A DNA stretch of 64,000 nt from Opitutaceae bacterium (GTDB lineage Bacteria; Verrucomicrobiota; Verrucomicrobiia; Opitutales; Opitutaceae): positions 14,732 to 78,731 of the forward strand of contig DAOOFR010000001.1 of the NCBI GenBank assembly GCA_035415285.1, in the 5' to 3' direction. The position numbers and the translations under genes were made by a program. Numbering within the stretch: position 1 is the stretch's first letter; every line of letters begins with the position of its first letter. Shown here one piece after another: positions 41,001-50,755 of the stretch. The notes below the pieces were generated by a model. It saw only the letters and a program-made list of their open reading frames with translations. It was not told the DNA's origin and ran no database searches.

Positions 41001-42440
41001 TCAGGCCGGCACGGCCAAGCCGAGGGCGCGGGTCATCACGCCGAAGAGGGCGTTGTTCTGGATGAGGCCACCGATCTCCTCGCTGCCGGGCCCGAAGGCG
41101 GCGAGCTCGGTGTAGTCGGTGGTGTGCTGCGTGCCGGTCCAGCCGACGGAGGTGTAGTTGGCGAGGATCTGGCCGTAGGCGACCAGCGGGGCGTTGCGCA
41201 CGCGATAGCCCTCGCGGTGCTCCTTGCGCAGGGCGTGCCGGAGCATCTCGATTTCGTCGTCCTCGAAATCCAACGCCGTGGCGGCGTGCACACGCTCGCG
41301 GATCTGCGCCGCGGTGCTGTCGGGCCCGAGACCGGCGAGCGCCCACACGTTGGTCTGGCGGAAACGCGCGACGCGGTCGAAGCAGTCTTGGGTGTCGCCG
41401 TAGCTGCCGCCGCGGCTGGTGAAGCTGCCGCCGGCGCCGTTGAGCCCGGGGTTGGAGTTGCCGTGATCGCTGGTGACGATGACGAGCGTGTCGTCGCGCC
41501 CCGCGGCGAACTCGAGCGCGGCGCCCACGGCGTCGTCGAAGGCGAGCTGATCGAAGAGCAGGCCGCCGATGTCGTTGGAGTGGGCGGCGTGGTCGATGCG
41601 GGCGCCTTCGATCTGCAGCACGAAGCCGCGCGGGTTGGCCGCGAGGCGCGCCAGCGCGACCCGCGCCATCGCGGCCAGCGTCGGCACCCGGGCCACGAGC
41701 GCCGGGTCGGCGCGGTGGTCGAGGCTGAAGGGGAGATGCTCGGGATCGAAGGTGCCGAGCAGGCGGCCGGCGGGCGCGGCGCGCAGGCCGGCGGCGTCGC
41801 GCACGACGGCGTAGCCGGCGCGGGCGTACTCGCCGAAGAGATCGCGGCGATCGGCCCGCAGGGCGGGATCGAAGAACTTGGCGCCGCCGCCCAGCAGCAC
41901 ATCGATGCCGACCTCGAGGTATTGTTCGGCGATGATGCCCTCGTCCGCGCGCGCTTCGACCTGCGCGGCGAAACCGGCCGGGGTGGCGTGGGTGATCGTG
42001 GCGGTGGTGACCAGCCCGGTGCCCTTGCCGGCGGCGCGGGCCAGGCGCAGGATCGGCGGGCGCGGGCGGCCGTCGGGGGCGTAGTTGATGGCGCCGTTCT
42101 TGACCTTGTGACCGCAGCCCCAGGCCGAGGAGGCCGCGGCGGAGTCGGTCACCGGCGAGTTGGCCGAGCAGGTATCCATGAGGGCGCGCCGCAGGTCGGG
42201 CCGGTCGTAGAGGCCGAGCCAGTGCGTGCCGCGGCCCTCCTGCCGGCGGAGGTGGCGCTCGGCCATGGTGAGCGTGCCCAGGCTCATGCCGTCGCTGACG
42301 AGGAAGATCACGTTGCGCGCGCGGCCCGGCTCGATGCGGGCGGTCGCGGTTGCGGCCGGTGCCGGCAGGCCGGAAGTGAAGAGCACGGCGCCGCCGGCCA
42401 GGCCGGTGCGCAGGAAGTCGCGGCGGGAGAAGGAGGGCAT
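41001..42440 (-). CDS. Alkaline phosphatase (PhoA family) with a Tat signal
   Basis: Tat motif SRRDFLRTG, nucleophile region LVSDGMSLG, DSAAASSAWGCG, and metal ligands HAAHSND and TSDHGNS. Start at ATG 42440. Confidence 0.9.
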   Translation of the reverse strand: MPSFSRRDFLRTGLAGGAVLFTSGLPAPAATATARIEPGRARNVIFLVSDGMSLGTLTMAERHLRRQEGRGTHWLGLYDRPDLRRALMDTCSANSPVTDSAAASSAWGCGHKVKNGAINYAPDGRPRPPILRLARAAGKGTGLVTTATITHATPAGFAAQVEARADEGIIAEQYLEVGIDVLLGGGAKFFDPALRADRRDLFGEYARAGYAVVRDAAGLRAAPAGRLLGTFDPEHLPFSLDHRADPALVARVPTLAAMARVALARLAANPRGFVLQIEGARIDHAAHSNDIGGLLFDQLAFDDAVGAALEFAAGRDDTLVIVTSDHGNSNPGLNGAGGSFTSRGGSYGDTQDCFDRVARFRQTNVWALAGLGPDSTAAQIRERVHAATALDFEDDEIEMLRHALRKEHREGYRVRNAPLVAYGQILANYTSVGWTGTQHTTDYTELAAFGPGSEEIGGLIQNNALFGVMTRALGLAVPA

Positions 42441-42623
42441 GGCGGTGTTTGTGCCGCGTTCCGGGGCGGAAGGCCATGCGCGAAATCCGGCGGGGCGGAG
42501 TATCCCGTGGCGGCGGCCCCGGCCGGGCGTTGCGAGCACCCGGGCCGGGGCCCCGCAGCGAAGTGATCGCCGCGGTTGACCCCCGGCGCCGAACGCCATA
42601 TCCAGTGGAGGGGCACAAACACC

Positions 42624-43331
42624 ATGCGTGATCCACGAATCAATCCCTTCACGAAGGAGCTGCTCGCCCAGGAGACCTTGGACGAGTGGCAACGGCTCAT
42701 CGACACCGCCGCCGAGATCTTCGAGGTGCCGGCCGGGCTGATCACGCGCGTCGATCGCGACCAGATCGAGATCCTCCTCACGAGCAAGACCGAGGGGAAT
42801 CCGTACCCCGCGGGCTATGTCTCCCAGTATCCGGACTCCGGTTGGTACTGCGAGCGCACGCTGCGCAGCCGCGGCCTCAACCAGATCCCGGATGCGGTCG
42901 CGGATCCCGAATGGAAGGATAACGGCGCGGTCACCGGGCTGCACATGGTCTCCTATGTCGGCATGCCCATCCGGCGGCCCGACGGCGGCGAGTTCGGCAC
43001 GGTGTGTTTCCTCGACAACAAGGCCAACCGCCACAACGAACTGCACATCAAGGTGCTCGGGATGATCCAGCGGATGATCGAGTTGTCGCTCCGGGTCATC
43101 TTCGACAAGCAGCAGCTCCTCCGGCACGAGCACCTGCTCGAGGATCTCAGCCGGATCTATCCGATCTGCAGCTACTGCAAGCGGGTCCGCGACGAGAAGG
43201 GCGACTGGGTCGGGGTCGAGGACTACATCCGCGACGTCACGGGCACGCACGCCTCGCACGGGATCTGCCCGGAGTGTTTCGCGAAGCAGGAGCACCAGTG
43301 GCCCGGGGCGGGCGCCCCGGCAACGTCCTGA
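42624..43331 (+). CDS. GAF-domain protein with a C-terminal Cys-rich motif
   Basis: GAF-like core (FEVPAGLITRVD...SYVGMPIRRPDGGEFGTVCFLD) and a tail YPICSYCKRVRDEKGDWVGVEDYI...HASHGICPECF. Confidence 0.7.
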   Translation: MRDPRINPFTKELLAQETLDEWQRLIDTAAEIFEVPAGLITRVDRDQIEILLTSKTEGNPYPAGYVSQYPDSGWYCERTLRSRGLNQIPDAVADPEWKDNGAVTGLHMVSYVGMPIRRPDGGEFGTVCFLDNKANRHNELHIKVLGMIQRMIELSLRVIFDKQQLLRHEHLLEDLSRIYPICSYCKRVRDEKGDWVGVEDYIRDVTGTHASHGICPECFAKQEHQWPGAGAPATS

Positions 43332-43362
43332 AACATTCGGGACCTTGCCTGCGCCGGCCCGC

Positions 43363-45021
43363 TCACGCGGCGTGGCGCAGGGACTGGAGGATGTTGAGCG
43401 AGTGGTCGCCGATCGCCTCGATGTTGTTGAGGATGTCGATGTAGAGCATCTCGGACTTGATCGCCTCGCTGTTGCCCTGCATGCGGCGCACGGAGTCCTT
43501 GCGCAGGTTCTTGCGGAGGGCGTCGATGGTGTTCTCCAGCTGGTAGGCCTTCTCCATCTCGGCCGCCGCCACGCCGCGCGTGAGATGGGCGGAGGCGAAG
43601 TCCATGAATTCGAGCAGGGTCCGGGAGAAGGCCTGGATCTGCTCGTTCACCTCGGCCGGCAGCTGCCGTTGCTTGCGGTGCTTACGCTCGGCGAGGATCA
43701 CCAAGCGGTAGCCGCGGTCGCACATGTCCTCGAACTCGGCCACGACGCGGATCATCGCGGTGACGCGGTTCATGCTGTCGGCGCCGATGCCGTCGGCCGC
43801 GCAACGCAGCAGGTACTGGGTCGTCTCGACCGCGCGGCGGTCGCTCTCCTTCTCGAGGCTCCTGAGCTCGGCGACACGCGCCTCGAGATCGGCGGGCGCC
43901 TGCTCGAACAGCTCGGTGAACCCGACCACCAGCTGGCGCGTGATGTCGCCCATGCGCTGGAGGTCGCGTTCGGCTTCGGCCAGGTTGAGCTCGCCGGTGT
44001 GGGGGAGCAGGGGCGAGTCGAGTTCGATGTGCTCCTTGGTTGTCCCCGGGGCGGAGCGCACGGCGTAACTGGCCAACCGCGCGAGCTGACCGGCGAAACC
44101 GATGAGCAGGGCGGTGTTCGCCACGTTGAAGATCGTGTGGAAGCCGGCCATGTGCAGCGGGATCTGCTCGGGGGCGAGCGGATCGCCGGGGATGACCCAG
44201 TCGATGAAGCGGACGAAGGGGGCGAAGACGACCAGGCACCACAGCACACCGATCAGGTTGAACAGGAGGTGAACGCGGGCGGCGCGCTTGGCCTCGAGGT
44301 TGCTCCCCAGCGCGGCCAGATTCGCGGTGATCGTGGTGCCGACGTTCTCGCCCAGGATGATCGCGCAGGCCGAAGGGTAGTCGATCCAGCCCTTGTAGGC
44401 CATGGTGAGGGTGATCGCTCCCGCCACCGACGACGATTGGACCACGATGGTGAGGATCGTGCCGAAGAGGAAGAACATCAGGGCCGAGCCGAGTCCGTGG
44501 CCCGTGAACCGTGTGATGAACTGGAGCACCTCCGGGTGGTTGTTGATGTCGGGCACCGAGTCCTTGAGGAACATCAGGCCGAGGAAGAGCAGGCCGAAGC
44601 CCATGCAGAACTCGCCGAGGTTGCGCAGCTTCTCCTTGCGGGCGAAGAGGGCGGGCAGCGCCAGTCCCATGATCGGCAATACGATCGAGCTGATGCTGAA
44701 CTTGAAGCCGAAGAACGACACCAGCCAGAACGTCGTGGTCGTGCCGATGTTGGCGCCCATGATCAGCCCCGTGGCCTCGATCAACGTCAGCAGGCTGGCG
44801 TTGACGAAGCTGACGATCATCACGGTCGTCGCCGAGGAGGACTGCACCAGGCAGGTGACGAAGAAGCCGGTGCCCACCCCCATGAAGCGGTTGCCCGCCA
44901 CCGTGCGCATCACCGAGCGCAGGCGTTCGCCCGCCAGTTTTTGGAGCGCCTCGGACATGATCTTCATGCCGAAAAGAAACAGACCGAGGCCGCCGAGGAT
45001 GGAGAGGATGGTCGAAATCAT
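43363..45021 (-). CDS. Na+/phosphate cotransporter family protein with a PhoU-like C-terminal domain
   Basis: LGGLGLFLFGMKIMSEALQ, the duplicated VQSSSATT / VQSSSVAG motifs and C-terminal helical PhoU-like repeats. Start is ATG 45021 (alternative 45063). Confidence 0.9.
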   Translation of the reverse strand: MISTILSILGGLGLFLFGMKIMSEALQKLAGERLRSVMRTVAGNRFMGVGTGFFVTCLVQSSSATTVMIVSFVNASLLTLIEATGLIMGANIGTTTTFWLVSFFGFKFSISSIVLPIMGLALPALFARKEKLRNLGEFCMGFGLLFLGLMFLKDSVPDINNHPEVLQFITRFTGHGLGSALMFFLFGTILTIVVQSSSVAGAITLTMAYKGWIDYPSACAIILGENVGTTITANLAALGSNLEAKRAARVHLLFNLIGVLWCLVVFAPFVRFIDWVIPGDPLAPEQIPLHMAGFHTIFNVANTALLIGFAGQLARLASYAVRSAPGTTKEHIELDSPLLPHTGELNLAEAERDLQRMGDITRQLVVGFTELFEQAPADLEARVAELRSLEKESDRRAVETTQYLLRCAADGIGADSMNRVTAMIRVVAEFEDMCDRGYRLVILAERKHRKQRQLPAEVNEQIQAFSRTLLEFMDFASAHLTRGVAAAEMEKAYQLENTIDALRKNLRKDSVRRMQGNSEAIKSEMLYIDILNNIEAIGDHSLNILQSLRHAA

Positions 45022-45242
45022 GGAGCCGGCGGGATGGTTGAGGGGCTGGCCGAGGGCGCGCAAGGCGGGAGTCCTGGGCCGCCCTCGGATTTCGAGAAAG
45101 GGGCCGGCCTGCCCGGGGCCGCCGAACTACGGGTGCGGCGCCAGCCGGCCTGGCGGGCGGACGATGCCCATGCGACGCCCACTCCCGCTACAGCCCGGGA
45201 GTGGCGCCGGCACCTGAACGCACAATCGGGGCGCGCGGGCGG

Positions 45243-46265
45243 TCACCGGATCCAGCCGAGTTTGAGCGCGGCGAGGGTGCCCGAGCCGACGAGCACCCAG
45301 AGGATCACGCCCTGCACGAACGGCCGCGCGCCCACCGCGCGCACCGAGGCGCGGTCGAGCCCGGCGCCGATGAGGAAGAGGGTGAGGGTGAGCGCCGCGC
45401 GGGCGGCGCGGACGATCCACGGCGCGGCCGGACCGAGCGCGGGCACGAAGGTGAACAGTGCCGAGAGCGCCACGAAACCGGCGATGAACAACGGCGGTTT
45501 CACGCCGCGGCGGGCGGTGGTGCCGGTGCCGTCGTTGCGCCGCGCGAACCACCAGCCGGCGGCGAGCGCGACGGGCACGACCCAGAGGGCTCGGGCGAGC
45601 TTCACGGTCGTGGCGGTGGCGAGCGCCTCGGCGCCGTGGGTCAGCGCCGCGCCGGTGACGGAGCTGGTATCGTGGATCGCGAGCGCGCACCAGAGCCCGA
45701 AGGCGTGCGGGTCGAGTCCGGCCAGCGTGCCCAGCGGCGGGAAGATCAGGAGTGCCACACCGTTGAGCAGAAACACGGTGGCGAGCGAGGCGGAGGTCTC
45801 GGCGGCGGTGGCGCCGATGGCCGGCGCGACGGCCGCGATGGCGCTGCCGCCGCAGATGCTTGTGCCGGCCGAGATCAGCGCCGCCAACCGGGGCGCAAGG
45901 TGCAGCCAGCGGGCGAGCAGCGCGCCGAGGACGAAGGTCGCGAGCAGTCCGGCGCAGGTGTAGCCGATCCCCTGCAGGCCGACGCGGCCGACGATCGCCA
46001 AGTTCACTCCGGCGCCGAGCCCGACGACGGCCAGTTGCAGCAGCGGCTTCGCGAGCTTGGCCGTGAGCTTGGCGAACGGGTTGCCCAGCGAGATGGCGAT
46101 GGCGGTGCCGGCGAGCAGCGCGGCCCAGGGAGGCGTCCACGGCAGCAGCGAAGCCGCCGCGCCGAGCGGCAGCAGCCAGCGGGCGAGGCGCTGGGCGGGA
46201 GTGGGGGCGACACTGCGGCCCTGCGGTGGGTGCGCGGCGGTGGTGGGTGTGGGTGGTGTTTTCAA
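45243..46265 (-). CDS. YeiH/UPF0324 family membrane protein (putative sulfate-exporter family); start uncertain
   Basis: SAGTSICGGSAIAA motif, about 10 TM segments and the classic divergent pairing with a LysR regulator. The track start is a TTG followed by a low-complexity Pro/Thr stretch. Confidence 0.8.
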   Translation of the reverse strand: MKTPPTPTTAAHPPQGRSVAPTPAQRLARWLLPLGAAASLLPWTPPWAALLAGTAIAISLGNPFAKLTAKLAKPLLQLAVVGLGAGVNLAIVGRVGLQGIGYTCAGLLATFVLGALLARWLHLAPRLAALISAGTSICGGSAIAAVAPAIGATAAETSASLATVFLLNGVALLIFPPLGTLAGLDPHAFGLWCALAIHDTSSVTGAALTHGAEALATATTVKLARALWVVPVALAAGWWFARRNDGTGTTARRGVKPPLFIAGFVALSALFTFVPALGPAAPWIVRAARAALTLTLFLIGAGLDRASVRAVGARPFVQGVILWVLVGSGTLAALKLGWIR

Positions 46266-46314
46266 GAGCCAGGTCCCGTGGTCGGGTGCCGTCGATCATG
46301 CCGGAAACCGGCCT

Positions 46315-46329
46315 ATGCCACAAAGGCAT
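46315..46329. promoter_or_regulatory. LysR-type T-N11-A box ATGCCACAAAGGCAT
   Basis: The dyad ATGCC-N5-GGCAT lies in the 98-nt divergent intergenic region between the YeiH-like and LysR genes. Confidence 0.55.
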
Positions 46330-46363
46330 TGTTTCTATGGGAAGCAGGCCGGATGGTTATGGC

Positions 46364-47254
46364 ATGAACCGGAACCATCTCGCCCTCTTCCATGCGGTGG
46401 CGCAGGCCGGCGGCATCAGCGCCGGCGCGGCGGCGGTGCGCGTGAGCCAGCCGGCCGTCTCCAAACAGATCGCGGAGCTGGAGAGCGCGCTGGGCGTGCA
46501 GCTGCTGGAGCGCCTGCCGCGCGGCTGCCGGCTCACCGAGGCGGGCGAGATCCTCGCCGACTACGCGCGGCGCTGGCGGGCGCTCGAGGCCGACGCGGAG
46601 CAGGCGATCGAGGAGTACCGCGGACTCAAACGCGGCCGGCTCAACCTCGGCGCCAGCCTCACGATCGCCGGCTACCTGTTGCCGCGCGTGCTGGCGGAGT
46701 TCCACCGGCGGTATCCGGAGATCGAGCTCCGGGTGCAGACGGCGAACACGCGGCAGGTCCAGGCGGGCCTGCTCGACGGCACGCTCGAGCTCGGCCTGAC
46801 GGAGGGCGTGCACGCGGCGCCCGAGCTGGAGTCGGAGGTGTTTTTCGAGGACGAGCTGGTGGCGATCGCCCCGGCCAAGCATCCGTTTCTGAAACGCGAC
46901 GCCGTGACCGCGCGCGAATTCTGCCGGGAGCCGCTGATCCTGCGCGAGCCCGGTTCGGGCACGCGGGCGGCGATCGAGCAGGCGCTTGCACGCAAGAAGC
47001 TGAAGGTCGAGCCGCTGCTCTCCCTCGCCAGTCCGGAGGCGGTCAAGGGCGCGGTGTTGAGCGGCATGGGGCTGGCGATCGTCTCGCGGCTCATCGTCGA
47101 GCAGGAGCTGACGAGCGGCGCGCTCGGCATCGTGGAGTTGAAGGATCTCGCGATCCGCCGGCCGTTGCGGCGCCAGCGACTGCGCGGCCGCAGCGAGAGC
47201 CCCGCCGCGGCAAAGTTCCGCGAATTGCTGGGCGCGATGGCGAAGCCGGCGTGA
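46364..47254 (+). CDS. LysR family transcriptional regulator
   Basis: N-terminal HTH LALFHAVAQAGGISAGAAAVRVSQPAVSKQIAELE and a LysR substrate-binding domain. Start at ATG 46364. Confidence 0.9.
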   Translation: MNRNHLALFHAVAQAGGISAGAAAVRVSQPAVSKQIAELESALGVQLLERLPRGCRLTEAGEILADYARRWRALEADAEQAIEEYRGLKRGRLNLGASLTIAGYLLPRVLAEFHRRYPEIELRVQTANTRQVQAGLLDGTLELGLTEGVHAAPELESEVFFEDELVAIAPAKHPFLKRDAVTAREFCREPLILREPGSGTRAAIEQALARKKLKVEPLLSLASPEAVKGAVLSGMGLAIVSRLIVEQELTSGALGIVELKDLAIRRPLRRQRLRGRSESPAAAKFRELLGAMAKPA

Positions 47255-47339
47255 TCGGGCGGCCGGGGCTGCGGCTGTGGTTTGTCTCTTGCCCGGCAGG
47301 GGCCGCGGCACTGTCGTTTGGACACAGTAAGCCCGCGCC

Positions 47340-48722
47340 ATGCCCCGCTCCAAACGCCTTCTCATTCTTCTACCGGGCGGGCAGCCCCATCTTCTCAAAC
47401 TCGGGCCGATCCGCACTTCGTTTCGCGAGGCGCCGCTCACCGGGACGTTGCTGGCGGCGCTGGTCCCGCCGGAGCTCGGGCTCGAGGTCACGTATGTGGA
47501 TGGCAGCGTCTCCCCGATCCCGCTGGATGACGACTTTGACTTGGTCTCGATCAGTCTGATCACGGGCATGGCACTGCGCGGTTACGAATTGGCGGAGCAT
47601 TTCCGGCGGCGGGGCGCGACCGTCGTGTTGGGCGGAGTCCATGTATCGCTCCTGCCCGAGGAGGCGCGACCGCACGCCCACTCGATCGTGATCGGTTTTG
47701 CCGAGCGTACCTGGCCGCAGTTGCTGCGCGATTGGTGCGCGGGGGCGTTGAAGCCGGAGTACCGCCACATCGGGCCGGCGGCGGTCGTTGGCCTGCCACA
47801 CCCGCGCCGCGATCTCCAGAAGCGGTTCGGCTATATGATGCCACGCACCGTGAACGCCACCCGCGGCTGCCGGCAGGCCTGTGACTTCTGCGTGGCGCCG
47901 GCTGTCCCCATGGGCTGGAACACGCGGCCGGTCGGCGAGGTGGTGGCGGAGGTGCGCGCGCTGCCCGGGCGCACGTTCGCTTTCCACGATCTCAACCTCA
48001 CGGACGACATCGGCTACGCCAAGGAGCTCTTCGCCGCGCTCCGCCCGCTGCGCAAACAATGGGGCGGTCTCGTCTCCACGAAGATCGCCCGCGACGCCGA
48101 GTTGCTCGATCTGATGGCTGCCTCCGGCTGCAGCTACCTGCTGATCGGTTTCGAGTCGGTCAGCCCGATGGCGCTGCGCGGCATGCGGAAACGGTTCAAC
48201 GCGCCCGACCACTATCGCGACGTGGTCGAGGCGCTGCACGACCGGCACATCGTGGTCCAGGGCTGCTTCATCTTCGGTCTCGACGACGACACGCCCGATG
48301 TGTTCGCCCAGACCGTGGCGGCGATCGACGAACTGCGGATCGATATCCCGCGCTTCGCCCTCTACACGCCGTTTCCCGGCACCGAATCCTACCGCCGTCT
48401 CAAGGCCGAGGGGCGCATCCTCCACGAGGACTGGCGCTACTACGACACCCAGCACGTCGTCATCCGGCCGCGACACATGTCGCCGGCCGAGCTCGACCGC
48501 GGGTTCATCTGGGCGTGGCGGGAGAGCTTCAAGCTCGGGATCGCCGCGAAACGCGTACGCCTCCATCGCAACACCCGCATCTCCGCCGTGGGCAATCTCG
48601 CCTACCGCCTCTACGGCCACCGCCTGAAGCGCGACGAGGACCGCTTTCCTTGCACGAACGAGGTCGTTGCAGCTTGGAACCGGCATGAACCGGCGCAGTC
48701 GCTCGCGGAGGTCTCCGCATGA
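47340..48722 (+). CDS. B12-binding-domain radical SAM protein
   Basis: N-terminal Rossmann-like cobalamin-binding region (DLVSISLITGMALRGYELAEHFRRRGATVVLGGVH), the cluster motif GCRQACDFC and a C-terminal DUF4070-like LYTPFPGTESYRRL. Confidence 0.85.
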   Translation: MPRSKRLLILLPGGQPHLLKLGPIRTSFREAPLTGTLLAALVPPELGLEVTYVDGSVSPIPLDDDFDLVSISLITGMALRGYELAEHFRRRGATVVLGGVHVSLLPEEARPHAHSIVIGFAERTWPQLLRDWCAGALKPEYRHIGPAAVVGLPHPRRDLQKRFGYMMPRTVNATRGCRQACDFCVAPAVPMGWNTRPVGEVVAEVRALPGRTFAFHDLNLTDDIGYAKELFAALRPLRKQWGGLVSTKIARDAELLDLMAASGCSYLLIGFESVSPMALRGMRKRFNAPDHYRDVVEALHDRHIVVQGCFIFGLDDDTPDVFAQTVAAIDELRIDIPRFALYTPFPGTESYRRLKAEGRILHEDWRYYDTQHVVIRPRHMSPAELDRGFIWAWRESFKLGIAAKRVRLHRNTRISAVGNLAYRLYGHRLKRDEDRFPCTNEVVAAWNRHEPAQSLAEVSA

Positions 48723-49138
48723 CCACGCTCTGCCGGATCTACCTAGCGGTGCTGTCGGGCTACCATGTGCTGACCGGCATCGTGTCGTTCGCTTTTCCGC
48801 AGTTCGCGTTCCGGTTCTACGCGGCGCTCTACGCCTGCAACCCCGCCGAACGCCGCCAGCTCGTGCTGGTGATGAAACCGTGGGGCGCGCTCGCGCTCTG
48901 CGCGGGTGTGGCCGGTCTGTTCGCAGCGGCGGACCCGGTGCGTTACTGGGGCGTGGTCGCCGCGCTCTGGTTGCTGCTGGTGCTGCGGATCGTTTTTCGT
49001 CTGGTCTGGCGCGCCGAACTGGCCGAGGTCGGCCGGATCCCCGCGCATCGCAATCTGCTCAGCACGGGCATCATCGCCGCAGGGGCGGTGATCCTCGGCG
49101 CATGGCTGGTCCGACACTTGTCTCTCAGTCTCGTCTGA
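48719..49138 (+). CDS. Small 4-TM membrane protein, unknown function
   Basis: ATGA overlap with the upstream gene. Four hydrophobic segments. Paralogous to 49166-49618 by eye (LSGYHVLTGIVSFAFP versus ICLYHIACGLLVVAAP). Confidence 0.6.
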   Translation: MTTLCRIYLAVLSGYHVLTGIVSFAFPQFAFRFYAALYACNPAERRQLVLVMKPWGALALCAGVAGLFAAADPVRYWGVVAALWLLLVLRIVFRLVWRAELAEVGRIPAHRNLLSTGIIAAGAVILGAWLVRHLSLSLV

Positions 49139-49165
49139 ATCCAACGATCAACGAAGGAACACACC

Positions 49166-49618
49166 ATGGAAATTCGTCGCCATCTCGCCCTGCGGGCGCT
49201 GCTCTGGGTCATCTGTCTTTACCATATCGCCTGCGGACTGCTGGTGGTCGCAGCGCCCGAGCAGATTCCGCTCGTGGCGGAGAAACTGGCGGGGCTCAAG
49301 GTGTCGGCGTCGCCGGAGTTCCTTTACCTCGCGAAACCGTTCGCCGTTTATGCGATGGTCTTCGGGGTCATGATGGGGGTGGCGGCCTGGAATCCGGTGA
49401 AGAATCGGGCGTTGATCAGCATCGGCGTGGTGCTGTTCGCGCTGCGGATCCTCCAGCGGTTGCTCAGTCTCGATGAGGTGGAGCGGACCTTCGGCGTCAC
49501 GCCGGCGCGTAGCTGGCAGACGATCGGACTCGTGGCCGTGTTCGGCTTCGCCCTCGCCTGGCTGCGCTTCCGCCTCTACCGCGAGATGCGCGCCGACGCG
49601 ACGGATCACTCCGTCTGA
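49166..49618 (+). CDS. Small 4-TM membrane protein, unknown function (paralog)
   Basis: 150 aa with four hydrophobic segments. Same strand, 27 nt after the previous gene. Confidence 0.6.
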   Translation: MEIRRHLALRALLWVICLYHIACGLLVVAAPEQIPLVAEKLAGLKVSASPEFLYLAKPFAVYAMVFGVMMGVAAWNPVKNRALISIGVVLFALRILQRLLSLDEVERTFGVTPARSWQTIGLVAVFGFALAWLRFRLYREMRADATDHSV

Positions 49619-49642
49619 ACCGCGAGCCAGCCCCCCCGCCCC

Positions 49643-50755
49643 ATGTTTGCCCTGCCCTGGACGCGCGACTCCGTGCCGCACGCGGTGATCGAACTCACCC
49701 GCGACTGCAACCTCGCTTGTCGCGCATGCTACCGGCAGAAGACGGCCGGATTTCGCCCGCTCGCCGCGATCCTCGAGGATGTCGCGGTCATCGAGCGTCA
49801 CCAACGCGTCCACACCGTGTCGCTCGCAGGCGGCGAACCAACCATGCACCCCGAACTGGTCGCGATCGTGCGCGCCGTGAAGCGCCGCGGCCATCGGGTT
49901 TCCCTCGTGACCAACGGGCTCGTGCTCACCGCCGAGCTGCTGGCCGAGCTCAAACGGGCCCGCCTCGACATCGTGATGATCCACGTCGACGAGGGGCAGA
50001 TCCGCCCGGATCTCTCCGATCCTGCGGACATCGGCGCGGTGAATCGCCTGCGCGAAACCATCGCCGCGCGGGTCCACGCGCATGGGATCGCCGTCGGCCT
50101 CTGCACGACCCTCTACCCGGATTCGCTCGCCCACCTGCCGGACCTCGTCGGCCTGTTTCTCCGGCATCCGCACATCAACTTCCTGTTTGCCACGCACGCC
50201 GTCGGCATCCGGGCGCTGGTGACGCAGGTGCAGTCCGGCGACGCGGCCGACGAGCCGACCGCCGGTACGACCAACGGGATGGTCATGCGCGAGATGCGGC
50301 GCCGTTTCGGTCTCGAGCCGTACGCTTTCATCCCGGCGACGAAGCCGACGAGCGACGGCGAGCTGCCCTGCATCACCTACACGATCCCGGTCGCCCACCG
50401 GCGCGAAGAAGACTTCCTCCGCATGCACTCCGGCCGGCTCGACCGCCAACTCGTGAAGTTTAGTCGGTTGCTCGCCGGGCGTTATCTGTACTTCACCCCG
50501 GACCGCTTGTTCGCGCACCTTGTGCAGATTGGCGTCAATGCGCTTGGCTCCGGCCGCTTCGCCACCGCCGTCCGTTTCCTCTGGCGAGCCCGCGGCGGTC
50601 CGCTGCGACTGAAGCGCCTTGTCTTCGAAAACGCGCCGCGCATCACGTCGGAGGGCACGGTCAACTGCTGCGACTTCTGCCCGAACTCCACCGTGCGCGA
50701 CGGCCGGGTTGTGCCCGTCTGTCTCGCCGATCACGCGCAAACGCTTCACTTGTGA
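49643..50755 (+). CDS. Radical SAM protein
   Basis: IELTRDCNLACRACY cluster motif, the SLAGGEPTMHPEL SAM motif and a C-terminal Cys cluster NCCDFCPNSTVRDGRVVPVC. Confidence 0.8.
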   Translation: MFALPWTRDSVPHAVIELTRDCNLACRACYRQKTAGFRPLAAILEDVAVIERHQRVHTVSLAGGEPTMHPELVAIVRAVKRRGHRVSLVTNGLVLTAELLAELKRARLDIVMIHVDEGQIRPDLSDPADIGAVNRLRETIAARVHAHGIAVGLCTTLYPDSLAHLPDLVGLFLRHPHINFLFATHAVGIRALVTQVQSGDAADEPTAGTTNGMVMREMRRRFGLEPYAFIPATKPTSDGELPCITYTIPVAHRREEDFLRMHSGRLDRQLVKFSRLLAGRYLYFTPDRLFAHLVQIGVNALGSGRFATAVRFLWRARGGPLRLKRLVFENAPRITSEGTVNCCDFCPNSTVRDGRVVPVCLADHAQTLHL

